From Verrucomicrobiaceae bacterium (lineage in GTDB: Bacteria; Verrucomicrobiota; Verrucomicrobiia; Chthoniobacterales; Chthoniobacteraceae): 35,732 nucleotides of DNA. The DNA is taken from NCBI GenBank assembly GCA_043719365.1, contig JAYSTZ010000906.1, forward strand, positions 1 through 35,732. Direction: 5' to 3'. Shown here one piece after another: positions 34,869 to 35,732 of this stretch. The stretch's first letter is position 1; the number at the start of each line of letters is the position of its first letter. Position numbers and translations under genes: made by a program. Under the pieces are notes generated by a model. It was not told the DNA's origin. It worked only from the letters and a program-made list of their open reading frames with translations, and did no database searches.

Positions 34869-35732
34869 CTACGCCAGCGACTTCGCCGCATCCACCACGG
34901 CTTGCGCGGTGATGCCGAGGACTTCCATCACTTTGTTGCCGGGAGCGCTGAGGCCGAACCGGTCGATTCCGATAACTTTGCCGTCGAGCCCGACGTATTT
35001 CCACCACAGCGCGGAGACGCCTGCTTCGATCGCCACGCGACTGCGGCAGGACGAAGGGAGCACTTCTTCACGGTAGGCGGCGGACTGCTGGTCAAAGCGA
35101 TAGAACGACGGAACGCTCACCACGCGGACGCCTTCGCCGAGCGTCTTTGCTGCGGCGACTGCGTGTTGCACTTCGCTGCCGGAGGAAAGCAGAATGGTCT
35201 TTAGCGCGCCGATTTCTTTCACCAAAATATACGCGCCTTTTGCCACGCCTTCGCGGCGCGTTTGCACGCTCGCTTCGTTCAGCATTGGCACCGCTTGGCG
35301 GGACAATGCGAGGAGCGTCGGGCCTGTCGTGCGCTGCATCGCGGCGACGAATGCTCCGGCGGTTTCCTCCGGGTCCGCAGGGCGGATTACATCGAGGTTT
35401 GGGATGACGCGCAGTCCGCTGACTGTCTCGACGGGTTGATGCGTCGGGCCGTCTTCACCTACGCCCACACTGTCGTGCGTAAAGATGTAGATCGGGTTCA
35501 ATCCGCTCAACGCAGCGAGGCGGATACTGCCGCGGCAGTAGTCGGCAAAGACGAGGAATGTCGCACCGCTTGCACGGAAAAGACCATCGTATGCGATGCC
35601 GTTCATGATGCCCGCCATGCCATGCTCGCGAATGCCGAAGCGGATGTTGCGCCCCGCTCCGTTGGCTGGGGTGAAATCCTTGCTCGAGTTGATGTAGTTC
35701 AGCGTCGATCCATAAAGGTCCGCGCTTCCGCC
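34869..35732 (-). CDS. tkt: transketolase, C-terminal 287 codons (gene runs off the window end)
   Basis: The frame is open to the window edge. Its translation begins [17 protein letters not shown]...[22 protein letters not shown] and continues [19 protein letters not shown], which are the transketolase pyrimidine-binding and C-terminal domains. Confidence 0.95.
   Translation of the reverse strand, partial: GGSADLYGSTLNYINSSKDFTPANGAGRNIRFGIREHGMAGIMNGIAYDGLFRASGATFLVFADYCRGSIRLAALSGLNPIYIFTHDSVGVGEDGPTHQPVETVSGLRVIPNLDVIRPADPEETAGAFVAAMQRTTGPTLLALSRQAVPMLNEASVQTRREGVAKGAYILVKEIGALKTILLSSGSEVQHAVAAAKTLGEGVRVVSVPSFYRFDQQSAAYREEVLPSSCRSRVAIEAGVSALWWKYVGLDGKVIGIDRFGLSAPGNKVMEVLGITAQAVVDAAKSLA

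Noticed and set aside
1-35732. I looked for CRISPR arrays, tRNA/rRNA genes, IS elements, integrases, phage genes, toxin-antitoxin pairs and known defence-system signatures.
   Set aside because: There are no regularly spaced repeats other than the mraZ boxes, and no cloverleaf-like or rRNA-like stretches in the short intergenic regions. No ORF has transposase, integrase or nuclease/ATPase defence-type motifs. All long ORFs are accounted for by envelope or metabolic genes.

Overview
GC-rich chromosomal window. Its protein repertoire suggests a PVC-superphylum genome, most likely Verrucomicrobiota; this placement is an inference from domain types, with no search run. I found no rRNA, tRNA, CRISPR array, transposase or integrase.

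Layout:
(1) 1-8034, minus strand: a canonical dcw cell-wall/division cluster, mraZ-rsmH-ftsL-ftsI-murE-murF-mraY-murD (murD partial). Almost every junction is a 1- or 4-nt stop/start overlap. A set of TTAGTGG direct repeats at about 10-bp spacing lies in front of mraZ and looks like a MraZ operator.
(2) 8.4-26.6 kb: envelope and secreted accessory genes.
- a GT4 glycosyltransferase;
- a 1288-aa SGNH + beta-propeller 'dehydrogenase' + HEAT + azurin-type cupredoxin + discoidin-like fusion;
- a translationally coupled orphan HlyD-type adaptor and prenyltransferase-like toroid protein, followed by an Amidase_3 peptidoglycan (PG) amidase;
- a 2164-aa secreted protein with five lamin-tail domains plus CotH, PKD and LamG-like domains;
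- a divergent pair encoding a secreted alpha/beta-hydrolase and a Tat-exported HExxH protein, with a perfect 14-bp palindrome between them.
(3) 26.6-35.7 kb: one uninterrupted minus-strand gene string. Its order is tkt (partial), a PhoD-like phosphatase, an A-type Fe-S carrier, a 529-aa proline-rich membrane protein, three tandem paralogous membrane-anchored SGNH/DltD-like proteins, and an AlgI/DltB-type MBOAT.

The best candidate for an undescribed system is the MBOAT with a triplicated, translationally coupled SGNH-like partner set (26660-31486). No acceptor-polymer synthesis genes lie nearby. All functional calls come from motif reading of the supplied translations; no database search was possible.
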